A stretch of DNA of 64,000 bases from Pelagomonas calceolata. Taxonomy: Eukaryota. Below are positions 1 through 10,346 of the stretch, in pieces. Made by a program: the position numbers and the translations under genes. The stretch covers positions 1,240,001 through 1,304,000 of the forward strand of contig CAKKNE010000001.1 of assembly GCA_918797485.1 (NCBI GenBank), written 5' to 3'. Below the pieces are notes generated by a model. That model was not told the DNA's origin. It worked only from the letters and a program-made list of their open reading frames with translations, and searched no databases. Position 1 is the stretch's first letter; every line of letters starts with the position of its first letter.

Positions 1-129
1 CATTGGCCCACGAAGGTCGTCACGACGGACGTCTACGAGAGCTTCGCCGCGCTGCCGGATCACGTCCGACTGCGGTACGGCGAGGCGCCGCGCGCCGCGC
101 GGACTCCGGAGGTCGAGGCGTTGCTGTGA
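1..129 (+). CDS. 3' end of an unidentified protein gene (partial, runs off left edge)
   Basis: Frame 1 is open from base 1 (HWPTKVVTTDVYESF...EVEALL) to TGA at 127-129 with GC3-rich codons; converges on the RING gene. Confidence 0.55.
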   Translation, partial: HWPTKVVTTDVYESFAALPDHVRLRYGEAPRAARTPEVEALL

Positions 130-212
130 CTCTCGCGGCGATGACGCCATCGCCGCGACGTTTGTAATACTGGTCTTGTGAACGTGAGTTATGTGTGAGA
201 GAGATAAAGGGC

Positions 213-1206
213 CTAGATGCCGAGGAGGTCGTCGATGTCGTCCGTGTCCGCAGCCGTGAAGTGCGTCTCCTGCTGAGACGGCGCCGGCGCTTTCGCGGGA
301 GACGCGCCAGCTCTGGTGCCGACGTCGCGCTGACACAAAGGACAAGACCTATTGCGTAAGAGCCACTGGTCCAGGCACTCCGCGTGCTCCGCGTGGCGGC
401 ACGGTAAGATCCGGACAATATCATCATCATCATACTCGCAGCGGCAGACCGCGCACTGCTCGCCGAGAATAGCAAACGTTTCACCCTTGCTCTTGGCTTC
501 ACCGTACGTGCAGGTCGGCAGGTCGTCGAGCTGCTTCTGGTCCGTGCCTTTGGATACTTTCCCGACGTTCTCCCCTAGCTGTAAAAGTTGATCATAGGTC
601 ATCTGCGACGGCGACAGCGATCTTTCAGTAGCTCCTTCCGGAGGTTCGATCCCGCCGTTCATCGCCATGAGCAGGGCCCTATCGTCGTCCTCCTGCTGGA
701 GGCGCCAGGCCAGCGCTAAGCTCTCGTCGTAGTCGTCCTCCTCCTCCTCTTCGTCGCCTTCGTCGCCTGTGTTGACATCGACCGGTGAGTTCGGTTGATA
801 CGCCATCGAGCCGACGAAGGCATGGTTTCCACGCAGATCTGTCACCCTCGTCGTCCTCACCGTCGGACGAAGCCTCCTCGCGCCGCCTCTGGGAAAGCTC
901 CGCATGTCTAGCTGCTCCCTCCTCCTGCTCCCGCGCGTACCGCTCCTCGCGCTCCTGGAGCTCGAGGGCCAGTCTGAGGGATTCCTCCTCGGCGTTCTCG
1001 GGCTCGTCGGGCGGCGGGCTCTCGCGGCGCCGCTCGCGCACCGGCGTCGGCGCCTCGCTCGGGTCGCAGTTCGCGCTCGGGTCCCGGTACGGAGACAGGG
1101 GCGGGCCGGCCGGCGTCGGCGCCTCGCTCGAGGTGGCGGAGGCGAACGCGAGCGTCCGTTTCGCGCGGTCGGCCTGGACGGGCGTGTCCTCGGCGTAGCT
1201 CGCCAT
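213..1206 (-). CDS. RING-H2 E3 ubiquitin ligase (BIG BROTHER/RNF38-like) with UIM-like helices; two exons, 1206-846 and 766-213
   Basis: C-terminal CAVC...LPCRHAEHAECLDQWL...CPLC, MTYDQLLQLGE motif and two SLxLAxxLQ helices; a GT-AG intron at 845-767 joins ORFs 679..1206 and 213..905 in frame (DDEG/DEGDEE). Confidence 0.85.
767..845 (-). mobile_element. Introner-family intron (79 bp, diverged) in the RING gene
   Basis: Minus strand reads GTGACAGAT-CTGCGTGGAAAC...TCGATGGCGT...GATGTCAACACAG; matches the family TIRs and core; removal restores the frame. Confidence 0.8.
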
Positions 1207-1741
1207 TTCTTCCTGTGTCCGCTTGGAAATGGTTCCTCGGGCGCTCTTACGCGCCGCCTGGCTGCGCTGGGATTGAGTGCAGTGCCACAGGAACGGCTTT
1301 TTTTTCGACGTGCGTTGCCTTCCGGCGGCTAACGCTTCACGCAGGTCGACGGCGTGAACCAGAAATGCGTGTGCGCTGCTCAGCAGTCCACGAAACGGAC
1401 GGCTGCGAGCTACGCGGCGGCTCGATAACGGCGCTGAGCAGGACCTCGTTGTGATGCCGCATGCTGGAAAGCCTCCCAGCAGCCGTGCAAGTCATCACAA
1501 GGCGTCCGTCTACCAGTAGACTCGACGTCAATAGGCACGGGTGCTTCCCAAAAACGTGCGGGAGTTGATGCCTGTGGCTTTTTGAGCGCCGGGACCCGCC
1601 TGCCGCTGCTGGCCGCTTAGCTGTCGATCTGACACGCAAACCTGTTCATCAGGACGCTAACGCATCACCGCGAACCGCTGCGAGCGCACGCCGCGTGCCC
1701 AGGAGCGCAGCCGGACCAGTCCCTCCTTAAAAGCAGTGTGA

Positions 1742-1801
1742 CCACTGCGCGCCGCGCGCAACCTTAAGGACCCACTGCGCGCCGCGCGCAACCTTAAGGA
1801 C
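1742..1801. repeat. Perfect 30-bp tandem duplication upstream of NSE4
   Basis: CCACTGCGCGCCGCGCGCAACCTTAAGGAC x2 (1742-1771, 1772-1801). Confidence 0.9.
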
Positions 1802-1829
1802 CGCGCGCGCCCTCACAAGCCGCGCATCG

Positions 1830-3130
1830 ATGCCGAGGAAGGCCCCCCTCCAAGAAAACGCGATGGAGGACGACGACGATGAGGCGCCGCCCCCTCAAAA
1901 GCCCCAGCAAAAGAAGCGCAAGCGCCGCGAAGCTAAAGATAGGACGCCCGTCATGGACGGCCAGACGGAGGAGGAACGCCGGATTCTGAGGCAGGAGCAG
2001 CGCAACCTGCAGGACCGAATCGGCGAGCGCCGGGCGGCGATGTGTGCGCTCGACTCGGACGAGTTCAAGAACCAGCGGGCCGCGAACAACGGCCTCTTCA
2101 AAAAGGTTAGATATAATCGGGAGATGGTCAACGATGGAGACATCATGGTCGGGCTGGCCGAGTGCGCGGTCGCGCGCGCGGGCGCTCTCGCGAAAAGTGT
2201 GAAGCAGTACGGCGCGAAGGACATCTGCGACGCTTTGAAGGAATCGTATTCCAATTCTCGGGGCGAGATGGACTGGGCTGCGCTAGGGAGAGACGGCGCT
2301 GGGTTATTCAGAGCACCCCCGGAGCTCAACTTCTTCTGCGGGCCGCTCGAGAGACCTGTCAAGGAGCGGAAGAAGGTCGAAAGGAAGAAGAAGGCCGACC
2401 TCAAGGATGATGGTGTGGGAGAAACAAAATTCGAGCAGCGCGAGGGCGGCAGCGGCGACGGCGACGAGGTTTGTGATACGGTGTCTGCAATCAACCCCCC
2501 CGGGCAAATTGCCCTCGTCATGTTTTACCACGTAACGAGGGTCCAGACAACTCGGGGATAGTAGAGATGGGCATCCGGAGTTCTTCCACCGCCCGCGTCG
2601 CCCTTAAGGTCACCTCCCCTTCCCAATGGGAGGCACCGAGTCATAGCGACGGTTCATATATCTACACACAGCGCGACGAGGCCACGAACCTGCGCCTGCA
2701 GCGGTTGAACGACGTCATGGCGGCGAAGATGCGCGCGGCTTCTGTAGAGCCCAAGCCGGCCGACGAGGATGCTGAGACCGCGGGGTTGGACCTGATGTCG
2801 CTGCTCGTGAACCCGGACTCGTTCTGCGAGACGGCCGAGAATTTCTTCGACCTGTCGTTCCTCGTCAAGGACGCGCGCGCGACCGTCGGGGTCGATGACT
2901 CGACGGGTTTACCCGTGTGTCGTTTAGCCGAAGCCCCGGACGGCGCGGTCCCCAAGACCCAGAACGTGGTGGTATTATCGATGGCGGACTGCAAGGCCAT
3001 CGGCGAGCTCTGGGGCATCGAGAAGCCGCAGCTGCCGCGCGAGGACGGGGCGCGCGAGCGGGCGCAAGCCGCAGCTCAACGCGCTCCTCCGCCGCCGCCC
3101 GACGAGGGCGAGGAGTCGGACGCCTACTGA
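1830..3130 (+). CDS. NSE4: SMC5/6 complex kleisin subunit NSE4/EID3; exons 1830-2468 and 2672-3130
   Basis: N-terminal ERRILRQEQR...LFKKVRYNRE..DG, central DWAALG..LFRAPP..FFCGPL, C-terminal LLVNPDSFCETAENFFDLSFLVKD; an in-frame GT-AG intron at 2469-2671 joins the two ORFs. Confidence 0.88.
2469..2671 (+). mobile_element. Intron (203 bp), probable diverged introner-family copy
   Basis: Begins GTTTGTGATA-CGGTGTCTGCAATCAACCC (compare CTGTGTGGAAATCAACCC at 50799) and ends TCTACACACAG; phase-0 join gives GDE/RDEATN. Confidence 0.65.
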
Positions 3131-3399
3131 CGGCGGTGACACGTGTAATAAGTATAGATATCCGGAGTTTCTCCGTCCGTTGTCCGTTGTCGCCGCGCGT
3201 CTCTTCCTCCGCTGTGGCGAGGTCCCGCCGAGAGGAGACGGGACGCGAGAGAAAATCTGCCCGCCAACACGCAGCTGCCGCCCCATCAAAATCGAAACAA
3301 GGGGGATAGTACACCTGTGAGACCGCGGACGGGCGCCCCGGTGGGACCGGTCCGGGTCAGAGTAACGACAAGCAGACGGACGTAGGAGGCGCCTTACTA

Positions 3400-4741
3400 T
3401 CATGGGGCGGCCGCGTCCGCTGGTGCGGGCGCCGGCGGCGCCGCGCCCGCGTCCACATCCATCGGCGCCGCGCTCGCGCCGTTGTCCGCCGGCGCGGTCG
3501 CGGGCGCCTCGGCCGCCGCGACCTCGGCGGCGACCTCAGCGGAAGCCTCGGCGACCACCGCTGCAGCCGCCTCGGAGGCGGCGGTCTCCGACGCGACATC
3601 TGCGGCGGCGGCTTCGGTCACCTCGGCCGTAACAGCGGCCGCCGCCGCTTCCGCCGCCGGCGCGGCCTCCGCGGCCGGCGCGGGCGCTTCAGCCGCCGGC
3701 GCGTCGGCCCTGCGGTGGGGAGCGGGCTCAGTACACGCCGTCGACGACCAGGACACCGGTAAAAAACGGCTCCTGCGCCGCCACGAGGTCCTTCCACTTC
3801 TTCACCAACGCTTTAGCTAAAGTCTGCACGTCATCAGACTCCGCCTTCTTCAGTTTGTTGACCGTCCGCCCGATGCCGCACGACGTCAGCGCCGTCACGT
3901 CGACGTCCATGCGCCCGAGCATCTTCAGCATCTTCTTGATCTCGTCCCAGTTCTTCTCATTTACTAATTTCGGCAGGACCTTATCCGCCGCGATCACGCG
4001 CTCGGGGACCGAGGCCCAGGCCGAATTGACGACCTGTTCTGGGGGCGGCGGCTTCGGCTTCTTGGCCGGAGGCGGCGTGGGCGGCCGTTCCTTGCGCTTG
4101 GGCGGCGCCTTCGAGGCCGCGCCTTTGCCGGCCTTCGTGATCTTGCCTAATTCAAGCTTCTTCTCGGGCTTTGCCGATGATGATGAGCGGGGCGCCCTTT
4201 CTTTTTTTTCCTTTTGCGGTTTTTCCTTCTTGGCCGGCGGCTCGCCGGTCAAAAATTCCGGGTAGTGGGCGCGCGCGATTTCCAGCAACGATCGGTACTG
4301 CTTCGACTCGCCGGGCTTCTTGTAGTACTTGTCCACATGTCGCGAGGGCTTGGCGCCGCCCTCCTTGGTGGGTCTAGGCTTTTCGGTAATCTGCCAGTTG
4401 TCCTCCTTGAGCTTGGCGTCTAATGCCGCTTTATCTGTTAATCGGTCCGTGCGCTTGGCCTTCTTCTTCTTCTCCTTCTTCGGTGCTTCAGGAGCCTCTT
4501 CCTCTTCGGCGGCGGGCTCGTCTTCTTCCTCCTGGGGCTCCTGCTCGTCCATGTAGGCGAGTAATGTACTTTTCACTACTTTTTTGATGGCCGACTCCTC
4601 GGCACCTAACGCCGCGGCGACGGCCTTCCGCAGCGTCTTCACGGTGAGCGAGCCGTCGCCGTACTGCGTCTTAATGGCCTCGTCGGTCTCGAGTATCTCC
4701 TTCGTGCGCGCGGCGACCGTCGCGTCGTCGACCTCGGCCAT
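3400..4741 (-). CDS. Chromatin/transcription protein: DEK-C-like N-terminus, MBD-like segment, TFIIS-N/Med26 domain, Ala/Glu/Pro-rich tail; exons 4741-3768 and 3709-3400
   Basis: LTVKTLRKAV..LG (DEK-C-like); W....PR......HVDKYY..PG..QYRSLLEI (MBD-like); LTSCGIGRTVNKLKK...AKALVKKWK (TFIIS-N); a predicted 58-bp intron links to ORF 3400..3756. Confidence 0.75.
3710..3767 (-). mobile_element. Predicted 58-bp intron, minimal introner-family copy
   Basis: Minus strand GTTTTTTA-CCGGTGTCC...GTCGACGGCGTG-TACTGAG...CACCGCAG; phase-2 join is in frame (QEP/ADAP). Confidence 0.6.
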
Positions 4742-5070
4742 GGCTAATGTGTGCGCGCGGCCCGCGGGCGCTGTCGACCTTTTACTGCTGTGCTGAGTTT
4801 CGCGCCCAGTTCGGCGGCGGCGTGCGCGGGCGAGCAGCGCTGCGGTCCGCGGGTGGTAGATAGGTTCGGTCTGAACTCACTCGCGAGTCCTATGCGCACG
4901 CAATGCGGTAGCGGCCTCTAATGAAGCCTAGCGAGGTGCTCTGCCGCAGCCTCTGCGAGAGCATGTAATGAGTGCTCTGTGCGCAGCCTTCGCTGCACCG
5001 CGAACGTATTGCCTGCTTGATTGACGATCAGATACATACCGGCGAACGCGCGGCACGCTTGGCGCCATCG

Positions 5071-5808
5071 ATGCGGCACGCAATCACACGGAGACCGGCG
5101 CTGCTGCGGCCACTGGCGGCATTGCTGGGCGCCGCGACTACAACGCTGCCGCCGCAACCTGCGCGTGCTACCACGGATGTAGTCGTGCGAGTCATGGATT
5201 CCGATCGCGTCAAGCTCGAGCGCGCCGGAGTTGTACGCTTGGCCGGCGTGCGGACGCCGACGCGGGACGTGCCCGTCTGCTACAATCGCGAACCGGGCGC
5301 GAAGACTCGCGGCCTGCTTTCGCGCGGCGCTAAAGTCGAAGTGGAGCTAAGCAGCGGCGACGCGAACATTGTGGTCGGCGGCAAGTCCGTGAGCGAGACC
5401 ATCGTGCGGGAAGGCTACGCCTACGCGACGCCTAGACGGCGGCGCGCCTCTGATGGGGAAGATTACCTGGGTTCAGTGCTCGCGGATGCTCAAGAGGCCG
5501 CGAAGCGCGACCAGCGGGGCCTCTGGCGGCCCTGCGGCGACGCCTCACCGGTGGTACCGGTCGCGACTTTTGACGACATAGATTTTCAACCGACGCCCAC
5601 GAAGGACTACGGCGACGCGCCGGCCAAATACAAGTCCTGCGCCGAGTTCGAGTTTTATGAAGACGCGCTCGCGATCTTCGAGCGCGCGCCCGAGGGCGTC
5701 CGGAAGCGATTAGATCGAGACGGCGACGGCGTGCCGTGCCCCGGCCTTCCCCACACGACGGACCGGGAGCGGTATCGGTTCAAGAAGCGGGCCGAGGCGT
5801 CGTCGTAA
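5071..5808 (+). CDS. Staphylococcal nuclease (thermonuclease)-like domain plus Excalibur Ca-binding domain, with N-terminal targeting peptide
   Basis: VVRVMDSDRV..VVRLAGVRTP, SVSETIVREGYA, AQEAAKRDQRGLW (SNase); SCAEF....DA......RLDRDGDGVPC (Excalibur); RR plus hydrophobic stretch plus AxA at the N-terminus. Confidence 0.8.
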   Translation: MRHAITRRPALLRPLAALLGAATTTLPPQPARATTDVVVRVMDSDRVKLERAGVVRLAGVRTPTRDVPVCYNREPGAKTRGLLSRGAKVEVELSSGDANIVVGGKSVSETIVREGYAYATPRRRRASDGEDYLGSVLADAQEAAKRDQRGLWRPCGDASPVVPVATFDDIDFQPTPTKDYGDAPAKYKSCAEFEFYEDALAIFERAPEGVRKRLDRDGDGVPCPGLPHTTDRERYRFKKRAEASS

Positions 5809-5830
5809 CGTAGTGTTTTGTTATATATCC

Positions 5831-6148
5831 ACGGCTCCGAGACGATTACACATACTATTTTTGAGTGTCCGAAACTGGACGACATCAGAGGAGTTTTTCT
5901 CCAGAAATTAGAAACGATCTTACCCGAGACGCGCAACATGACGAACGCGGATTGCCTGGCTTTGTTGATGGGAGATGATCCGCCTCAGGAAATTGAGAAT
6001 TTGCTCTACCGTTTTTTGACGTCTCTTTTTAGGCGCCGGCTGGGTATCCTAGCCGCGCAGGGAGAAGGCCTCTAGAGGCTTGGTGTATGTCCTTTTGTTT
6101 AGGATATTCCTTCCTTGCCAGTGATTAATTATTTATTTATTTATTTAT
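5831..6148 (+). mobile_element. 5'-truncated non-LTR retrotransposon (LINE) remnant
   Basis: Lower GC; encodes ETITHTIFECP (end of the ORF2 CCHC knuckle) to a stop at 6075; (ATTT)n tail at about 6128-6148; flanking direct repeat TATATCC at 5824-5830 and 6149-6155. Confidence 0.75.
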
Positions 6149-6182
6149 TATATCCGCACTACTTATACTCTCCTTCCGCCAG

Positions 6183-7520
6183 CTACTCGGCCGACAGCCC
6201 CGCATCGGCCAACTTCTTCTCGAGCCGCGCGATCTTCGCGAGCGCCTCGTCCAACTCCTTCTGCAGCTGCGCCGCCGTTTTGACTTTCGTGAACGTCTTG
6301 GTTACAGTAGAGACGCCGGCGCCCGCCTTGGCCGGGTCGAGCGGCGCGGTTCTGGGGGGAGCGTTCGCGCCGGCCCACCACTCGTCCGCAGTCATCGACG
6401 GCGCCCCGCAGAAGGCGTCGGGGAAGATGTCGTCCTGGAAGGCGTCGGAATTGCGCGGCACGATGAAGCTGAGGGGCTCGACGGAGCCCTTGCCCGCTTG
6501 GGAGACCAATTTCAAACAGCGTGCCGTCTCGCACCTCATCACATCTAACCCGCGCTTGGGCACGAAGCACGTGCCCTTGGCGGCCTGGGTGGACCGGTAC
6601 TCGGACAGCGCGAAGGCCCAGGGCTTCTCTGCGATGTTCTCGTAGTAGCGGATGTTGCCGTCGCCCTTGCCCGCTAAGTATAAAACGCGTGTATCCACGT
6701 CGTAGTAGGGAATAATCACACCAGAGGCCTGGTCCAACTGGATCTGGTGCACGGGCTCGCCGCCCAACTTCTTCACGTCCCAGAACTTGATCTGGCGCTG
6801 GCTTTGTTTGGTGAAGCCGACGGAGCAGAGCCGGTCGAAGCCGCCCAAGAATGAAAGTTTCGTCGACTTGGCGCCCGCGTGGGCCTGGTCGATCTCGCCG
6901 ACTATGGATTTCGAGCGCGGGTCGCCTAACCGCAATTTCTTGTCCTTCGAGGACGTCGCCCAGACCTTGCCCTCGTGGTCCCAGACGATGTCCTGGATGA
7001 GCTGCTTGTGCTCGTCGCAGCTCGCGGACTCGCTACCTTTCTCAATATCCCACACTTTCACAGCCATGTCCGCGCTCACGGAAGCCAGGACGTTATTGGC
7101 TGTGGGGTGGAATCGCAACAAAGTCACCTTCCGGCCGTGGCCGTGGAGGTCGACCAAGGGTTCCGTCAATGTTTCAGTTAATCCATCGGCCGGGATGCCC
7201 CAGATTTTTATCGTCGAGTCCTCAGAAGCCGACGCGATGACGTGCTCGTGAAACGGATTGAAATCCAAGTCGAGCACGGCCGACTTGTGGCCCGCGACGA
7301 GCGGCGTGCCGGCCTTGTACTCGCCGACATCTTTATGTTTCACGACGGCGAAGGGGCCGCCGCCGCCCTGCAGCGCGACGGCGAAGAAGGTCGTATTCGC
7401 TTTGATGTATTGTTGCTCGCCCGTCACGGTCGCGAGGCGGAAGCCCTTATAAGTTTGGTCGACCTTGGGGGGTTCCACATAGACGTGGCGGTACTTCGAG
7501 GCTCGGATGAAGGAGGACAT
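6183..7520 (-). CDS. CORO: Coronin (WD40 actin-binding protein)
   Basis: MSSFIRASKYRHVY, WD repeats, LYLAGKGDGNIRYYE, VPRNSDAFQDDIFPD and a C-terminal coiled coil. Confidence 0.96.
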   Translation of the reverse strand: MSSFIRASKYRHVYVEPPKVDQTYKGFRLATVTGEQQYIKANTTFFAVALQGGGGPFAVVKHKDVGEYKAGTPLVAGHKSAVLDLDFNPFHEHVIASASEDSTIKIWGIPADGLTETLTEPLVDLHGHGRKVTLLRFHPTANNVLASVSADMAVKVWDIEKGSESASCDEHKQLIQDIVWDHEGKVWATSSKDKKLRLGDPRSKSIVGEIDQAHAGAKSTKLSFLGGFDRLCSVGFTKQSQRQIKFWDVKKLGGEPVHQIQLDQASGVIIPYYDVDTRVLYLAGKGDGNIRYYENIAEKPWAFALSEYRSTQAAKGTCFVPKRGLDVMRCETARCLKLVSQAGKGSVEPLSFIVPRNSDAFQDDIFPDAFCGAPSMTADEWWAGANAPPRTAPLDPAKAGAGVSTVTKTFTKVKTAAQLQKELDEALAKIARLEKKLADAGLSAE

Positions 7521-7833
7521 CCTTGCTCCTGGCGTCGGCCGGCGTCGGCCTGGGCCTTAGCTTGGCTGGATTTGCTCGGAGGGGGGCTGGCGTCGACTGG
7601 CGTCGGCGCTGCGTGTGTGCCTTAGCTTAGAAAGCTCTGCGGCGCTCGCGTACTGCGCGGCGCCCGTATATCCAGCAGTTTGGTCCTCAGCAAATTCCTG
7701 GCCAGCGCGCTGCACCGGTCGGCTGCTGGCGCGGTTGCTGCAGCTATCCGAGCCGTGAAGTCACGCCCGTGTGTACCGATGGCGCTGCGTGTGTCGCGCG
7801 GCACAATTTTCGAGCAAAGGCGCGCCCGCCAGC

Positions 7834-7854
7834 GCTAGTATCGATAACGCTAGC
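7834..7854 (+). promoter_or_regulatory. GCTAG-box element, variant
   Basis: GCTAGTATCGATAACGCTAGC between divergent coronin and oxygenase genes. Confidence 0.55.
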
Positions 7855-7955
7855 ACATTATGCCAAGGTTGCCATAGTGAGCTAAATTGGACCAAAAAGC
7901 CAACAACTCTCAAGAATTAATGCACCACCACGACCACTGAACAGTGCTGGCAGCA

Positions 7956-8795
7956 ATGCACAAGCTTGCACTCCTAGCAATACTGCTCACAGCAAGCGCA
8001 GGAGACGACAGCCTCCAACAACTCGTCGAGGACCTGCGCCAAGAAGCAAGGGAGGAATTCGAAAGCATAAAGGGCATCGACGCCAGCGAACTCGACGGCT
8101 ACGTCGACGCGTTCGTCGCCGACGGCTTGTCGAGGATCACGCGGCGCGTCTCCATGGAACTCGACGACGACGGCGAGGCGCAGGCGCAGTTCGAGTGGGT
8201 GCAGCGGGAACGGCGGCCGACGGTGGTGGCGCCCTTACCGTGCCCCGACACGCACCGCTGCGGCGTTTGCGGAAGGGCGTCCTCGAGGCACGTCGCGAGT
8301 CCCTTCGAGGTCGCGCTCATCTCCAATAATGCGGAAGAAGCGGCCCCGGGCCTCTTCCACCAGCGGGGCAAGACGGCGCGCGCGCTGGAGGATGTTCAGC
8401 TGCCTGCAGTCATGAGCCTGGCACGCCGCGCCCTGACGATTACGGGAACCACATTCAACGCGTCGCTGACCCTCGCGGGGGGCCTCCTGACGCGCATCGC
8501 CGCGGAACCCGACGGCGCCCTGCAGGCGCCCTCCCAAAAACCCTACTGGGAGGCCCACGTCGACCAAGACAACAAACAAGCCTACGACTACTCGGCTTTG
8601 GTGTATTTCGAGGACGGCGGCGTCGACTTCGAGGGCGGCGCCCTGATCTTCGAGGACGGCGAGACGATCCTGCCGCGGCGCGGGCGCCTCGTCGCGTTCT
8701 CGAGCGGGCCGGAGAACGGCCACCGCGTCGCCAGGGTCGAGCGGGGCGCGCGGACGGCGCTGGCGCTCTGGTTCACGTGCGTGCAACCGGAGTGA
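7956..8795 (+). CDS. Secreted/ER 2OG-Fe(II) oxygenase (OGFOD3/prolyl hydroxylase-like)
   Basis: Signal peptide; YWEAHVD...YDYSALVY...FEGG...FSSGPENGHRV..V..G.R..LALWFT (HxD...H...R). Confidence 0.85.
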   Translation: MHKLALLAILLTASAGDDSLQQLVEDLRQEAREEFESIKGIDASELDGYVDAFVADGLSRITRRVSMELDDDGEAQAQFEWVQRERRPTVVAPLPCPDTHRCGVCGRASSRHVASPFEVALISNNAEEAAPGLFHQRGKTARALEDVQLPAVMSLARRALTITGTTFNASLTLAGGLLTRIAAEPDGALQAPSQKPYWEAHVDQDNKQAYDYSALVYFEDGGVDFEGGALIFEDGETILPRRGRLVAFSSGPENGHRVARVERGARTALALWFTCVQPE

Positions 8796-9050
8796 TGCGG
8801 CGCGTCGGCCACCGCGGAGGCCGTGTTTTTTGTACGAGGCGCTCTGGTTCATGTGCGCCGCCGCAGAGTGATTACTGGCTGTTTCGTGGAGGAACGCCGG
8901 TTGCGCGCGCCGTAGACCACGGCGCGCGTCCAAGTGCCAGGGCATCTGGAGCCAATGTTGTATAAGTTGTTTTATTGGTGAAGAATCTTCTGCCCGTCCA
9001 CTCATCAGAAGCCGTCCGTCAGGGGGGGGGGACCGGCCCGTCGCGGGCGC

Positions 9051-10346
9051 CTAGGGGAACTGGTAGCCGCCACCGAACTGGTTGCCGCCGAAGGGCGCCG
9101 CGGCCGGCGGCGGGACGTAGGGCGCCGCCGGCGGCACCGCCGGCTGCGCCGGCACGGGCGGCATCTGCTGCTGGACGACGGGCACGGCCGCCGGCACCGG
9201 CGGCGCCGGCGCTGTCATAACGGGCACGGCCGCGCCGAGCGGCGCGGCACCTTCCGGCGCCGTGACGGCCGGCGGCGCCGGCGCGGGCGCCGGCGGCATG
9301 CCGGCCCCGAGCGTCTGGAGGACAGGAGCCAAATCGGGCTCGGGCATGGCCGCCGGCGGGCCCTGGCTGCGGCGCTTGAAGGCCGGGCCGTCGGCGAGCT
9401 CGGCGGCCGCCGCGCGCTTCTCTTGCAGGGAGGGCACGAAGTCGTCGTCCTCGCTATCATCATCTTCGGGCTTCTTCTCCCAGTCCTCGTCGTCGTCCGA
9501 GTCCTTCTTCGTGTTCGACGGCGGGCGGTACTTGCGGGGTTTGGTAGGAGGCGGCGGCGTGCCCGTCGGCACCGCACCCCCGAGCGCACAATAGTTCTTG
9601 TTCACGTCATGCACCAAGTCGGCGCGCCAGCCGCCCTTCTCGAGGAACTCCTTGACCGTCGTCGCGTCCTTGTAGGCCTCGTAGCGTAAATTGCAGGCCG
9701 TGCCCGGCCGCTTCGGGTTGGTGGCGATGAATTTCACTTCTACGGTGTCCGGGCACTCGCGCGGATCAATCAGGCGGCCGGGGTGGTTGTCCGGCGGCGG
9801 CGGCGGCGCCGGCGGCTCCCGGGCTGCGGCCGTCGGCTGCGGGAGCGTCGCCATGACGGCGGCAGCCGCGTCCTCGACGTCGTCGTCGGGGACCTTGATA
9901 CTGGCCTCGACCTCGTGCAACTCCAGATCCTCCTGGTCGCCGACTAGGGCGCCGGCCGTGTACTGGACGTGGAAGAGCGCCGCGGGCTGGCCCTTGTCGT
10001 CCAGAAAGTCCGACTCCGCCGCGGACAGCCAGCCCGTGACCTTGCCCTCGCTGTAGGCCGGGCCGCCCTCTACCAAACGGATGATCTCCCTACCAATCAG
10101 CGGGTGGCCCTCCGTCTTCCACTCGTCGCCCTGGTCCGCGGGCGTGAGCGGCGCCGGCGCGACCGGCGGCGCGACGGCCGCGGCGGGCACGGGCGGGGCG
10201 ACGAAGGGCGCGGCGACGGCCGGCGGCGGCGCCTGGAAGAGCGGCGCCGGCGGCGCCACCGCGGCGACGGGCGGCGCGACGGGCGCGGCCGGCGCCTGGA
10301 GCGGCGGCTGCTGGGGGGGGAAGCCGTAGCCTCCGTACGGGTCCAT
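9051..10346 (-). CDS. Pro/Ala-rich protein with a Tudor-like domain and an NPKR...RYEAYK domain
   Basis: 431-aa ORF; W..EGHPLIGR.I.R....GKVTGWL...LFHVQY..GDQEDLELHEV; NPKRPGTACNLRYEAYKDATTVKEFLEKGGWRADLVHD. Confidence 0.75.
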   Translation of the reverse strand: MDPYGGYGFPPQQPPLQAPAAPVAPPVAAVAPPAPLFQAPPPAVAAPFVAPPVPAAAVAPPVAPAPLTPADQGDEWKTEGHPLIGREIIRLVEGGPAYSEGKVTGWLSAAESDFLDDKGQPAALFHVQYTAGALVGDQEDLELHEVEASIKVPDDDVEDAAAAVMATLPQPTAAAREPPAPPPPPDNHPGRLIDPRECPDTVEVKFIATNPKRPGTACNLRYEAYKDATTVKEFLEKGGWRADLVHDVNKNYCALGGAVPTGTPPPPTKPRKYRPPSNTKKDSDDDEDWEKKPEDDDSEDDDFVPSLQEKRAAAAELADGPAFKRRSQGPPAAMPEPDLAPVLQTLGAGMPPAPAPAPPAVTAPEGAAPLGAAVPVMTAPAPPVPAAVPVVQQQMPPVPAQPAVPPAAPYVPPPAAAPFGGNQFGGGYQFP

